From an uncultured Verrucomicrobiota bacterium (GTDB lineage: Bacteria > Verrucomicrobiota > Verrucomicrobiia > Opitutales > UBA9783), in contig CAMHMO010000001.1 of NCBI GenBank assembly GCA_946186275.1, forward strand, positions 139,735 to 203,734: a stretch of 64,000 bases of DNA, in the 5' to 3' direction. Positions 1-9,964 of this stretch are shown here, in pieces. Each line of letters opens with the position of its first letter. Within the stretch, counting starts at the first letter, position 1. The notes beneath the pieces were generated by a model. That model saw only the letters and a list, made by a program, of their open reading frames with translations. It was not told the origin of the DNA and searched no databases. A program made the position numbers and the translations under genes.

Positions 1-2241
1 AATGTTTTCAATTGTTCACTACATGTTCCATCGGTTTTTTGCTTGAAATCTTCCAATGACTTACGGATGTTTTTCTTTAATTCCAACAAAGTACGGAATT
101 TTCGAAAATCTTCCGCCTCTTCCAACTTTCGACCGTTGAGCGTAACTGATTTGAGCACATAAAGCCGTCGTTTCACGATTTTCGGTCGAAATAATGCGAA
201 GCCCAACCGTCCTCCGTTGCTTACATAACGTTCCAAACAGATCGCATCTTCCAAAAGCATTTCGAAATTTACGTCTTTCGGGGAAGAGACACTTTTTAGA
301 GATAAGAAATGTTCTTCAAACGACAGAAGACACTTTTCCAATACCTCATGTTTTGTTTTTAATTCATCCAAAGATGACGTTTTCAGCATATCTGCCGCTT
401 TTTGCAACCAAGCAGTATCGGTCGACAGACATTGCTTCAAAACCAGTTCCAATATAGGAAGTACCATATCCTCATGCCGATAATGTTCGGAATTGCGATA
501 ATGATTAAAATGTACCCATTCGCGAAAAACTTCGGGAGGCGGAAGATCATCAACAGGGTAAAATGTGTTTTCCGAAGCGGAACAATATGAACAATTTTCG
601 ATATCGGAAATTCTCTCTTTTGTAAAATATCCACAATCCATCGAATGTTCCGATAAACTCCGTTTAAAAGCATCAAAATCTTCAATCTTCAACGATAAAT
701 CTCCATCTTCCAGCCACCCGTATTGCTCGCGATCCTTTTGCACCGCCCGAATAATGTCCGTCGGGGTTCCGAAATAATGTTAGTTGATGTAATGTTTCTC
801 TGTTTCCACCTCAATTCCGTCCCGAAGTTTTCGGGATAAAACCGCCTCTTCTTCACGCAAATTGCGAAGTTTCGAAGTCATTTTCTCGATCGTATTTCGA
901 ACACGCTTCGAACTAAAAGTTTCGGCTTCTTCAATCAAAGCCGTTACGTTTGCCGCCAACGCATCCAAGGCTTCCCGATCGTTGCCGAGGATACTGAGGG
1001 ATAATTGACGAAATTCCCTAGGCAGTAAATTTTGAAGTACTTTCAGAGCACGTTCCGTCTTGGCGGTGACCAAAATCCGCTTCCCTTTTGCCAATAACTG
1101 GCAAATCAGATTGGCGATGGTATGCGATTTTCCCGTTCCCGGCGGTCCCTGAACGACCACGCAATCCGAAACTTCTAATTTTCGAACAATTTTCTTTTGT
1201 TCCTCGTTGGAAGGTTTCGGAAAATAAATTTCGACATCCCGACATTGGATGTTACCGTTGTTCTCGTCCGATGTCCTTTTCTCTTCTCCGTCGGAAATTT
1301 CCGAAAATTTTTTCAGAAACTTTGGAACCTTTCCAGTTGTTTCAACGAAGTCTTCAATTTCGTTCACGCATCGAAGAAAACCCGAAGAGAAACGCTTTCG
1401 CAAAAACAATCCGGGCGTAAAGGAGATGCGCGGTGTTTCGGATGCCGTCCGTTGAAACACATCAATGTCGTCATACGTTCCGTTGGCACTTAACGCATGA
1501 ACAAGTTTTGTCAAAAACCGACCGATCGTTTCCCGATCGCATATATCCGTTCCGACGGCTTCGATAAAATCTTTATACTCCGACGGCTTGCAGAGCGATC
1601 GAACGTTTTCTTCCAGCATGTCGTCTTCAACCGCAACCGACACGGCACGTTCGCTCGGAATAAGCTCAAATGTACGTTCTTCCGTTTCGAATCGGAGTTC
1701 AACCTCCAAGGTAACAACGGGACGACAAATTTTTCCACACTGCAACAAGCCAACCCCGCATACCAATTCAAGCTGTTCTTTTTCCTGTTCCCATTTTTGG
1801 TACAGCAAAAACAAGTCGTTATACACCTGCTTGGCACAAAACCACTCGGCGTAAGCTTTTTTATAGACTTCCAATTGCTTTAAAAATTCCTCAAACGCCG
1901 ATGGAATTTCCGGAAAATCTTCCAAGAATAACGTTTCGCCGTTTTCATCCGTAACTCCCGTTTTTAAAGTCGGATCTTTACCGTCTTTATCCAACCAACG
2001 ATGAGCTCATCGGAAGGCTTCGGCTCTACAGGTTCTTCCGGAAGCGTGAAACGAAATAAAAAGTCTTCTTCGGAAACATCTCCAAAGAGTGGCGCTTCCA
2101 ATCCCCCCCCCCCCGCAAAGGCTCTATCCAAAGTGTTTTTTCATACCGTTCGTATGATTTAACGCTCGTGAACTTTAATTCGAACAGGGCTTTGATGTAC
2201 CGAAGCAATCGCAAAGGCTTTTCGAGGCAAATATCATCCAT
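1..2241 (-). pseudogene. Disrupted Upf1/DNA2-like SF1 helicase (COG1112 type, DUF4011-like N-terminal region); 3' part runs off the left edge
   Basis: ORF 780..1994 carries Walker A VVQGPPGTGKSHTIANL followed by a coiled-coil insert. Its TAA (780..782) is in frame with an unbroken reading frame continuing to position 1 (..EKHYIN*HYFGTPTDIIRAVQKDREQYGWLEDG..GFALFRPKIVKRRLYVLKSV..). The ORF track omits that stretch because it has no stop inside the window. The upstream fragment 2026..2241 is separated by frame changes at a G12 tract and near 1995..2005. Confidence 0.6.
2103..2114. repeat. C12 homopolymer (G12 on the coding strand of the helicase remnant)
   Basis: Counted directly: atCCCCCCCCCCCCgcaaag. 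Read as ..PLRGGGD.. in ORF 2026..2241. Confidence 0.95.
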
Positions 2242-2298
2242 AGACGCAGATTATTGTGGTTTTATCGATATACGGATACAAGCTTAAGTTGGTTGTCC

Positions 2299-3429
2299 TT
2301 ACCCCAACACATGCAAACACTCGCAAATCACTACCGCCGCGCCGACCCACCAACAGATGCGGTACGGAACCGTGATACGTTCGCCGCTTGTTTTGAGCAA
2401 TCGGTACGGTCCGAAAATGGCAAAAACGGTGCAAATCACGCCGACGATTGCAAAAATCGCGACAAAGGCATTCGGGCAGAGGAAGTTAATGACGGTCGGA
2501 ATAAAACAAATCACGGTGCGTGCCGCCATTTTAGGCATATGCGTTCCGAGCGCATGCATCATACCGATCGCTACACCGATGGCGGAGGTTGTAATCCCGA
2601 ACACGGTCAAAAATTTCAGAAGTGTTTCAATTACATCCGAACCCGATGCTTTGCAGAGGAATTTCGTCAATTCGCCGACAGATACTTGGTTCGCCTGCAT
2701 TTGTTGAAAAAATTCGGGACTGCTTTCGAAAATCTTCGTCAATACGCACGTCGTCCAGGAGAGATAAACGGCAACAATCAGAGTCAGTCCGATAAAAATC
2801 GCAAAACACACTTTTCGGACATCACGCTCCAGGTAGGCATATACGTGCGGACAAACCATTTGCATCACGAAAGAGCAGAAAATAACCGGAAGAAACATCG
2901 GTACTTCACTCCATTTCGGACTTGCAAGCAACAATTCCGACGGAACATTCGAAAAACCGATGGTAAAAACGGCAGACGCAATAATCCCGACCAGCAACAG
3001 CACAAAGACAGAATTTAAATTGGCGAAGACGGTTTCTTTTAAACAGAGACATATAAACAAACCGCAACCGCAGGCAATAACGACACCGTTGTAGTTCAGA
3101 GACCAATTTTTACTGACGGTATCGGCAAGTCCGGAAAAGTAGGCGGTCAAAACCGCGAACGACAACCCGTACAAACTCGACGCAAGCATTCCGAAAGAAA
3201 CCTTGTCGCCGTGTTGTTTGGCAATATCGACGACCGATGCGGGCGTTTGATACTTTTCGTTCAATCGGACGACAATCATGGATGTGTAATACCCGACAAA
3301 CAGCATCAATAAAATCGTGACCGTTAACAATCCGATACCGATATTGACCGAGGTCATCGGTAATGCAAGCAGTCCGGCTCCGATCGACGTTCCGGCCACA
3401 AGTAATGACGAATGCAGTATTTTTTTCAT
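2299..3429 (-). CDS. HAAAP-family (TyrP/Mtr/TnaB-like) amino acid permease, copy 1
   Basis: Long ORF trimmed to [25 protein letters not shown] (ATG at 3427..3429, AAAGGAAAT upstream). Colinear with E. coli TyrP motifs (xAGTxIGAGxLALP; [8 protein letters not shown]; C-terminal hydrophobic segments). Confidence 0.85.
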   Translation of the reverse strand: [376 protein letters not shown]

Positions 3430-3737
3430 AGTATTTCCTTTTGTTACAAAAAATAAAAAGATGTGAGGAAAAGGTTCTTCTGCGCTTAGCGCAAAACCAA
3501 AACCAAGGAAGACAAAATAATGCTTCCGTTGGAGACAATATGATCCGTATCGCACGACAATAACGGCGATTGAACTGAAAAGATCAATGTGCTTTTCACT
3601 CTCACAGGATCAACATTCTTGATGCTATACGAAAAAAAAACGAAGTCAAGTTCTTTTGACGAACTTTAAACAGAAATTAAAAATTTCTCTTAAACTGCCG
3701 CCGGACGGCAATGCTCGAACAAAGTTATGGAAGCGAC

Positions 3738-4901
3738 TTACAGAAAATACTGACTCAGTTCGCAAAGCACAATAACAACACCGGCAACGCAACAAAACAG
3801 TGCGCTGACGGAATCTTTCCCTGTTTGTTTTTTAAGCAGGTAATGCGGTACAAAAATCATGAAAACCGTTGCAATCGCTCCCGAAAATGCAAACACGCGT
3901 ACAAACAAATTGGGTGAAATAAGATTGATCACCGCCGGAACAAAACAAACGATGAAACGCGCCGTTATCTTCGGTACGAACATGTAGAGTGATTGCAAAA
4001 GACCGATGGCAAATCCGATGGCGGACGTAATAACGGACAATAACGTCAGCAACTTCAACAGCGAACCGATAAACGGATGCGGCGAGGTGTTGCACAAAAA
4101 TTCAATCAACTGTCCGACCGTTATCCGATGCGCCTGCAAACGCTTTAAGAATTCCGCATCGTTGGCGGTAATGTTTTTCAACACGCACATAACCCACAGC
4201 ATGTAAATAATACCGGGAATCGAAATCCCGAGGATGAGTGCACGACTGATTTTCTTTCGATCGCCCGCCAGATCATTGTAAATACGCGGACAAAGCGTTT
4301 GCATGATAAAAGATGTAAAAAGAACCGGCAAAAATCCCGGCAACTCCTTCCAACGCATTTCGGTTTTAATTTCCACACCCGGATAAGAAATTCCGACATA
4401 AACAATCGCTGCCAAAATTGCCGCCAGCAAAACGGTCACGAAAGAGGAATTCAGATTGGCGAAACGCTTAGCATCCAGGTTTAAAATCAAAAACAATCCG
4501 AGTGCACTCAACCAAACCGTTGCATTGTAATTAACGGAACACACACGGCTGAAAGTATCCGAAAAACAGGAAAAATAGCCGACCAGCAATCCGAACGACA
4601 GCAGATAAATACTGCTCAACGTAAGCGCAAAAACACTCTTCCCGACGTGACCGCGACAGATTTTATCCATCGAAGCCGGCTCTTTGTAAAGCGCATTCAA
4701 ATCAACCGCCATCATGGAAGAACGGTAGGCAATAAAGACAAATGTAACGGTCAATAAAAGCAATAAGCCGATATCGAGATTGACGCCTGACAGAGGCAGT
4801 GCCAAAAAACCCGCGCCGATGGAAGTTCCGACCACCAACAGTGTTGCATGGATAAAACGCTTCACATCCCGAGAATAACCCGGAGTACGCTTGCCGGTCA
4901 A
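3738..4901 (-). CDS. HAAAP-family amino acid permease, copy 2
   Basis: ..VKRFIHATLLVVGTSIGAGFLALPL.., LPVLFTSFIMQ. By analogy with the other copies, the true start may be the GTG at 4865. Confidence 0.85.
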   Translation of the reverse strand: MTGKRTPGYSRDVKRFIHATLLVVGTSIGAGFLALPLSGVNLDIGLLLLLTVTFVFIAYRSSMMAVDLNALYKEPASMDKICRGHVGKSVFALTLSSIYLLSFGLLVGYFSCFSDTFSRVCSVNYNATVWLSALGLFLILNLDAKRFANLNSSFVTVLLAAILAAIVYVGISYPGVEIKTEMRWKELPGFLPVLFTSFIMQTLCPRIYNDLAGDRKKISRALILGISIPGIIYMLWVMCVLKNITANDAEFLKRLQAHRITVGQLIEFLCNTSPHPFIGSLLKLLTLLSVITSAIGFAIGLLQSLYMFVPKITARFIVCFVPAVINLISPNLFVRVFAFSGAIATVFMIFVPHYLLKKQTGKDSVSALFCCVAGVVIVLCELSQYFL

Positions 4902-4934
4902 TCTTATAACCGAACCGCCGCTTTTGCACGTATG

Positions 4935-6059
4935 CTACTTCCATTCATATAAAATTTCGCACACCACAATCGCCACGCCGAACAAAAAACAAAACAACCC
5001 GCTGAGGCTTCTTTGTTTCATATGCCGTACCGTCAGATAATACGGCACGAAAATCGTAAAAACAGCCGAAACCATCCCGATGAATGTCAAAATGTGGATA
5101 AACAGATTCGGTGCAAAAAGATTGATCGCGGCAGGCACGAGGCAAATAACAAAACGCGCCGACGGCTTCGGCAATACGTTTTGCAACGATTGCAACAGCC
5201 CGACGCCGTAACCGATGGCGGATGTTACAACCCCCAATGCCGTGACCGTCTTTAAAACCGTACCGACGGAAGCATACGGCAACGTATCGCACAGGAAAGC
5301 AATCAATTCGCCGACCGAAACCTCATGCGCACGCAAACGTTGCCAGAACGCTGGCTCCTGAGAAGCCGTTTTCAGCACGCAAATCATCCACAGCGCGTAA
5401 ATGAGCCCCGGCATCAGACACCCGAGCAACAGAGCCAGCCGAACCTGTCTGCGGCGACCGCCCAAATTGTTGTAAATATAAGGACAGACGGTTTGCATGG
5501 TGAAGGAAGCAAACAAAACCGGCAAAAAACACGGCAATTCCCGCAAATTTGTTTGCGTTTCGATCATTCCCGACGAACATCTTGTCGCAATTTGAAAAAG
5601 AATGAGCAAAATCGCCGCCAAAAAAGCAAAAACAAACAACGAGTTCAGATTTGAAAACCAACGCGTTTGAAGACTTAAAATCAAAAACAATCCGCAGGCA
5701 CTTGCGACAATACCGAGCGAACGATTGACCGGCAAAAACGCGCAAAGCATATCAGAGAAACAGGCGAAGTAGCCCGTCAGGAAACTCAACGACAGCAGAT
5801 ATAAACTTGTTACGGCAACAACAAAAATCGTTTTACCGACATGCATGCGACACAGTTTATCCAACGAAGCCGGCGATTGATAAAATTCGTTCAAATCGAC
5901 CGCCATTACGGAGGAACGATAAGTAACAAAAACGGATACGAGTGTCGCCAAAATAATCAGCGGCACGCTCAAATGCGCACCAGACAGCGGCAGTGCCAAA
6001 AAACCGGCACCGATGGCAGTTCCGATTACCAAAGCCGTCGCGTGGATAAAGGATTTCAC
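4935..6059 (-). CDS. HAAAP-family amino acid permease, copy 3
   Basis: MKSFIHATALVIGTAIGAGFLALPL.., LPVLFASFTMQ; full-length paralog. Confidence 0.85.
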   Translation of the reverse strand: MKSFIHATALVIGTAIGAGFLALPLSGAHLSVPLIILATLVSVFVTYRSSVMAVDLNEFYQSPASLDKLCRMHVGKTIFVVAVTSLYLLSLSFLTGYFACFSDMLCAFLPVNRSLGIVASACGLFLILSLQTRWFSNLNSLFVFAFLAAILLILFQIATRCSSGMIETQTNLRELPCFLPVLFASFTMQTVCPYIYNNLGGRRRQVRLALLLGCLMPGLIYALWMICVLKTASQEPAFWQRLRAHEVSVGELIAFLCDTLPYASVGTVLKTVTALGVVTSAIGYGVGLLQSLQNVLPKPSARFVICLVPAAINLFAPNLFIHILTFIGMVSAVFTIFVPYYLTVRHMKQRSLSGLFCFLFGVAIVVCEILYEWK

Positions 6060-6253
6060 GATACAAATGTAGAAAATCGGGCTTTGTAAATCAAGTGCAA
6101 ACAGGTATATTCATCTTGCCCGTTGGGAAACCGACATCGCAACTTTGGCAAAATCGTTTTCCGAATATGACGGGGCTAGATTGAAACTTTTAAAATCCCC
6201 TACCCTGCCCTTTCGCTCCGGGAGCAAAGTAATTTCGGAGGCGGTTATCGCTT

Positions 6254-6295
6254 CAAAAGAGGCAAAGCACGTTAATACGTCCCGTGCTTTACCTC
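6254..6295 (-). terminator. Rho-independent terminator after permease copy 4
   Basis: Minus strand reads GAGGTAAAGCACG-ggacgtattaa-CGTGCTTTGCCTC followed by TTTTG, 12 nt after the stop at 6307. The 13-bp stem has one mismatch. Confidence 0.7.
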
Positions 6296-6306
6296 TTCCG
6301 AATGTT

Positions 6307-7443
6307 TTAACCAAACAATACCGTCAATAATTCGCACATCACCACCGTAAGCCCGCCGATAAAACACAGGCGATGCGCAAACGTCTTTTGCACGCCCATC
6401 GGTTTCAACAGTTTATAGGGAACCAAAATCGCCAAAATCGCCAGCATCATGCCGCCGAATGACAAAACCTTCAAAAATGCTTCCGCAATAGTCAGATTGA
6501 TAAGAACCGGAACAAAACAAAGCACACATTTGGAAACGGTTTTCGGCAAAAATGCCTGCAACGGTTGCAACAGTCCCAAAGCGACACCGATTGTGGAGGT
6601 TAAAACCGCAAACAGCGTCAACAATTTCAAAAATACGCCCATGGCGGGAAGACTTGAAGACTCGCAAAGAAACCGTATCAATTCGCCGACGGAGATTTGA
6701 TGCACCTGTAAACGTCGAAAGAATTCCGCATCGTAGGATGCGGCGGTGTCCAAGCAACAAAGCGTCCACAAAAAATAAATCACCGCGGGAATACCCAAGC
6801 CGATCCAAAGCGCCGTTTTTAAACGTTTTAAATCGTTATTCAGGTAGGAACAAAAATATGCACAGGAACCCTGCACACCGAAGGAAGTAAAAAGGATCGG
6901 CACCATCTTAACCCATTCATCGGCTTGAAACACCGCTTCCGTTGTAACCGTCTCCGATACGTGTTTAATGGAAACAACAGCGACGGCAATCACTGCCAAC
7001 AGCATCAGCACGAAAACGGAATTCAAATTCGAGAACGCGCGCGTTTGCAGGCTCAAAAGCAGAAGCAGACCGCAACCACATAGCACAACGGAAGACGTTT
7101 TGCTCAATCCGCAAAACGTACCGATGGTATCCGCCATGCAGGAAAAATACACCGTCAGCAGTCCGAAAAACAGCAGGTAAAAACTGCTCAATGTCACCGC
7201 GAACAACGCCTTTCCACCGTGTTGTCGACTTAGTTCCACAATCGACGCGGGCATTTTGTGCGCCACATTGAGTTGGGCGGTCATATACGACGATTGATAC
7301 GCCAACCATACCATAACAGCAATGACGCCGATAAATGCACCGCATCCGAGGTTCACAACCGTCATCGGCAACGCAATAAGACCGGCACCGATGGAAGTGC
7401 CGGCTACCAAAAAAATCGTATGAATTAATCTTCTCATCACCAA
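6307..7443 (-). CDS. HAAAP-family amino acid permease, copy 4
   Basis: [27 protein letters not shown].., [11 protein letters not shown]. Confidence 0.85.
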   Translation of the reverse strand: [378 protein letters not shown]

Positions 7444-7694
7444 GCTTTCGTAAATCGTTTAAAAAACCATGCCGTACGCAACGCCATTCGAATACTCCCC
7501 TGCTCCGTTCCGAACAATCCGCCAGGAGAATACTTCGAACCGAAAACACAGTGATAATATAATGTTGCCGATGCCGAAAGCGATATCAAACCGACGTATG
7601 TCAATATCACCGCAACATTGCTTCCGTTGACACTCATCACCATTCCAAATGCCGACAACACGGCACATCCGGACTTTTTTATTTTATTTTTCAT
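7437..7694 (-). CDS. Small hydrophobic protein of unknown function inside the permease array
   Basis: ORF 7437..7709 trimmed to MKNKIKKSGCAVLSAFGMVMSV... Its start context GAAAGGAAATACAATGAAAAA closely matches that of permease copy 1 (AAAGGAAATACTATGAAAAAA). No family recognised. Confidence 0.35.
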   Translation of the reverse strand: MKNKIKKSGCAVLSAFGMVMSVNGSNVAVILTYVGLISLSASATLYYHCVFGSKYSPGGLFGTEQGSIRMALRTAWFFKRFTKAW

Positions 7695-7705
7695 TGTATT
7701 TCCTT

Positions 7706-8830
7706 TCAAAAAAGTTGCTTCAATTCACACAGCACTACAATAACGCCGAACAGGAAGCAAACATGTTCACCGACTGTTAATCTTTGTCCCTGTTTTTTCA
7801 GCAAATAATACGGCATAAAAAACACAAAAACCGTCGCCACCATACCGCCGAACGACAGGATTTTTAAAAAAACATCCGAAATTGTCAAATTGATCACAAC
7901 GGGAACGACACAAACCAAAAGACGCGCCAACTTATCCGACAGTAACTCCTTCATGGATTGAAGCAACCCGATCGCAATTCCGACGGCAGAGGTTATAACC
8001 GCAAGCAGGGTGAGCAATTTCAGGAAAAGCCCGAGCGATTTGTAATGCGAACAATCGCAAAGAAAGCCGATCAACTCCCCGACAGACACTTGATGTGCCT
8101 GCAAACGCTGATAAAAAGCCACATCGTTTGACGCAATCGTCTGCAACACACACGCAATCCATGCGATGTACACTATTGCCGGAACAAGAACACCGATAAA
8201 AAACGCCAGGCTGATTTTTCGTTTATTTCCGTCAAGGTATCCGTAAACGGTATGGCAAACGTTTTGCACGCCGAAGGATGTAAAGATGACAGGGAAAAAC
8301 GCGAGCAGGTCATTAAACTTCACGGAACCGCCGGAAATCATACCGTGCCCGTCGGTGCGCGTCTGAAAAATCGCAATCGCAATCACGACCATCAGAAGAC
8401 CGACAAAGATAGTGTTTAATTGCGAAAAAACGCGTGTTTTTAAGCTTAGAAGCCCAAATAAACCGAGACCGCAAATTAAAATACCCGTTGTTTGCCCGAA
8501 ATGACAGAAGGTATTGACGGTATCCGAAACACAGGAAAAGTAGACCGTCAGCAGGCTGAACGAAAGCAGATAAAAGCTCGCCATCGTGATTCCGAACGCT
8601 TTTTTCCCTGAATAAATCTCGCTGAGTTGTACGATCGATGACGGCGCCCGACGCAGCGCATTCAAATCGATCGTCATCATCGATGACCGCCAGGCAATGT
8701 ACACCATGGCGGCAATAATAATCGCCGAGAGCGATATTCCCAAGTGCACCGCCAGCATCGGCAACGCAACCAATCCGGCACCGACGCAGGTACCGAAGAT
8801 GAGACATATGGAGTGAACGAGTTTTTTCAT
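7706..8830 (-). CDS. HAAAP-family amino acid permease, copy 5
   Basis: [25 protein letters not shown].., [11 protein letters not shown]. Confidence 0.85.
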   Translation of the reverse strand: [374 protein letters not shown]

Positions 8831-8836
8831 AAGATT

Positions 8837-9964
8837 TTAAAAAAATTGCTTCAATTCGCACAGAACAATCGCAACGCCGAACGCCAAACAGATGCAGTCG
8901 CTCGAACGATGTTTCTTTTCTTTCCAAAGCAAATAATACGGTACGAAGATGGCGAAAATCGCCAGCATCATGCCGCCGAACGACAATACCCTCATGAAGG
9001 CATCACGAACGGTCAAATTGATGAGCACCGGAATGAAACAAAGAACGATTTTCGAAACATTTTTCGGCAAAAATGACTGCAACGGTTGCAAGAGGCCGAC
9101 GGCAATACCGATGGTCGATGTAATAACCGCGAACAGCGTGAGAACTTTCAAAAACACACCCAAAGCGGGATGATGCGATGACGTACAGAGAAATTGGATC
9201 AATTCTCCGACGGACACCTGATGTGCCTGTAAGCGTTGATAAAATTCGGCATCATGCGTCGCGACGTTTTTCAGCACGCAAAAAATCCACAACGTATAAA
9301 TCACCGCCGGGATGATGACACCGAGGACGGCGGCTTTGGAAATTTTCTTTCGGTCATTATCCAAGTACGAACAGACATAAGAACACAGCACCTGCATGCC
9401 GAACGAGGTAAAAATCGTCGGCAGGAACACGGATAATTCGGTTAATTGCAGGTGCGTCTCCGTTTCTGACGAAATACCGCTCGGATTACCGCACACGTGC
9501 ACGATGGCAATGCCGATAAAAAGCAACAAAATCGAAACACAGACCGAATTAATCTTCGAAAAAATGTTATTCCGCAGGTTCACCAGTGCCAATAACCCGA
9601 TTCCGCAGAGCATAATGACCGTACGCGAAGGCACATTGCAAAACGTACCGATCGTATCCGCCAGACAGGAAAAATAAGCCGTCAGCAGACCGAATAACAA
9701 TAAACAATAACTGCTCAGGGTAATGAAGAATGTTGCGCGCCCGGCATGCTCGCGGCTCATTTCAACAATCGATAAAAAAGACCGATACCGTATATTCACG
9801 TCCACCGGCATCATAAACGACCGATACCCCACAAAGACCATCAGACCCGTAAGCCCGAATATGAGCGGCAATCCCAAATTTACCGCAACCATCGGTAACG
9901 CAACGATACCGACCCCGATCGATGTGCCTGCAATCAGCAAGGCAATATGTATTATTTTTTTCAT
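8837..9964 (-). CDS. HAAAP-family amino acid permease, copy 6
   Basis: [25 protein letters not shown].., [28 protein letters not shown] parallels TyrP [28 protein letters not shown]. Confidence 0.85.
   Translation of the reverse strand: [375 protein letters not shown]

Noticed and set aside
780-782. Alternative genetic code or programmed read-through as the explanation for the in-frame TAA (and the TAG at 19733)
   Set aside because: TAA, TAG and TGA all terminate well-conserved housekeeping genes in this window at the expected protein lengths. The affected genes also carry independent frameshifts, so decay is the simpler explanation.
2254-3018. Long + strand ORF (254 aa), with similar ones at 6965..7549 and 8313..8927 on other frames, across the permease array
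   Set aside because: These are shadow frames of strongly supported permease genes. The translations are Arg/Asn/His-rich, low-complexity, and without motifs.
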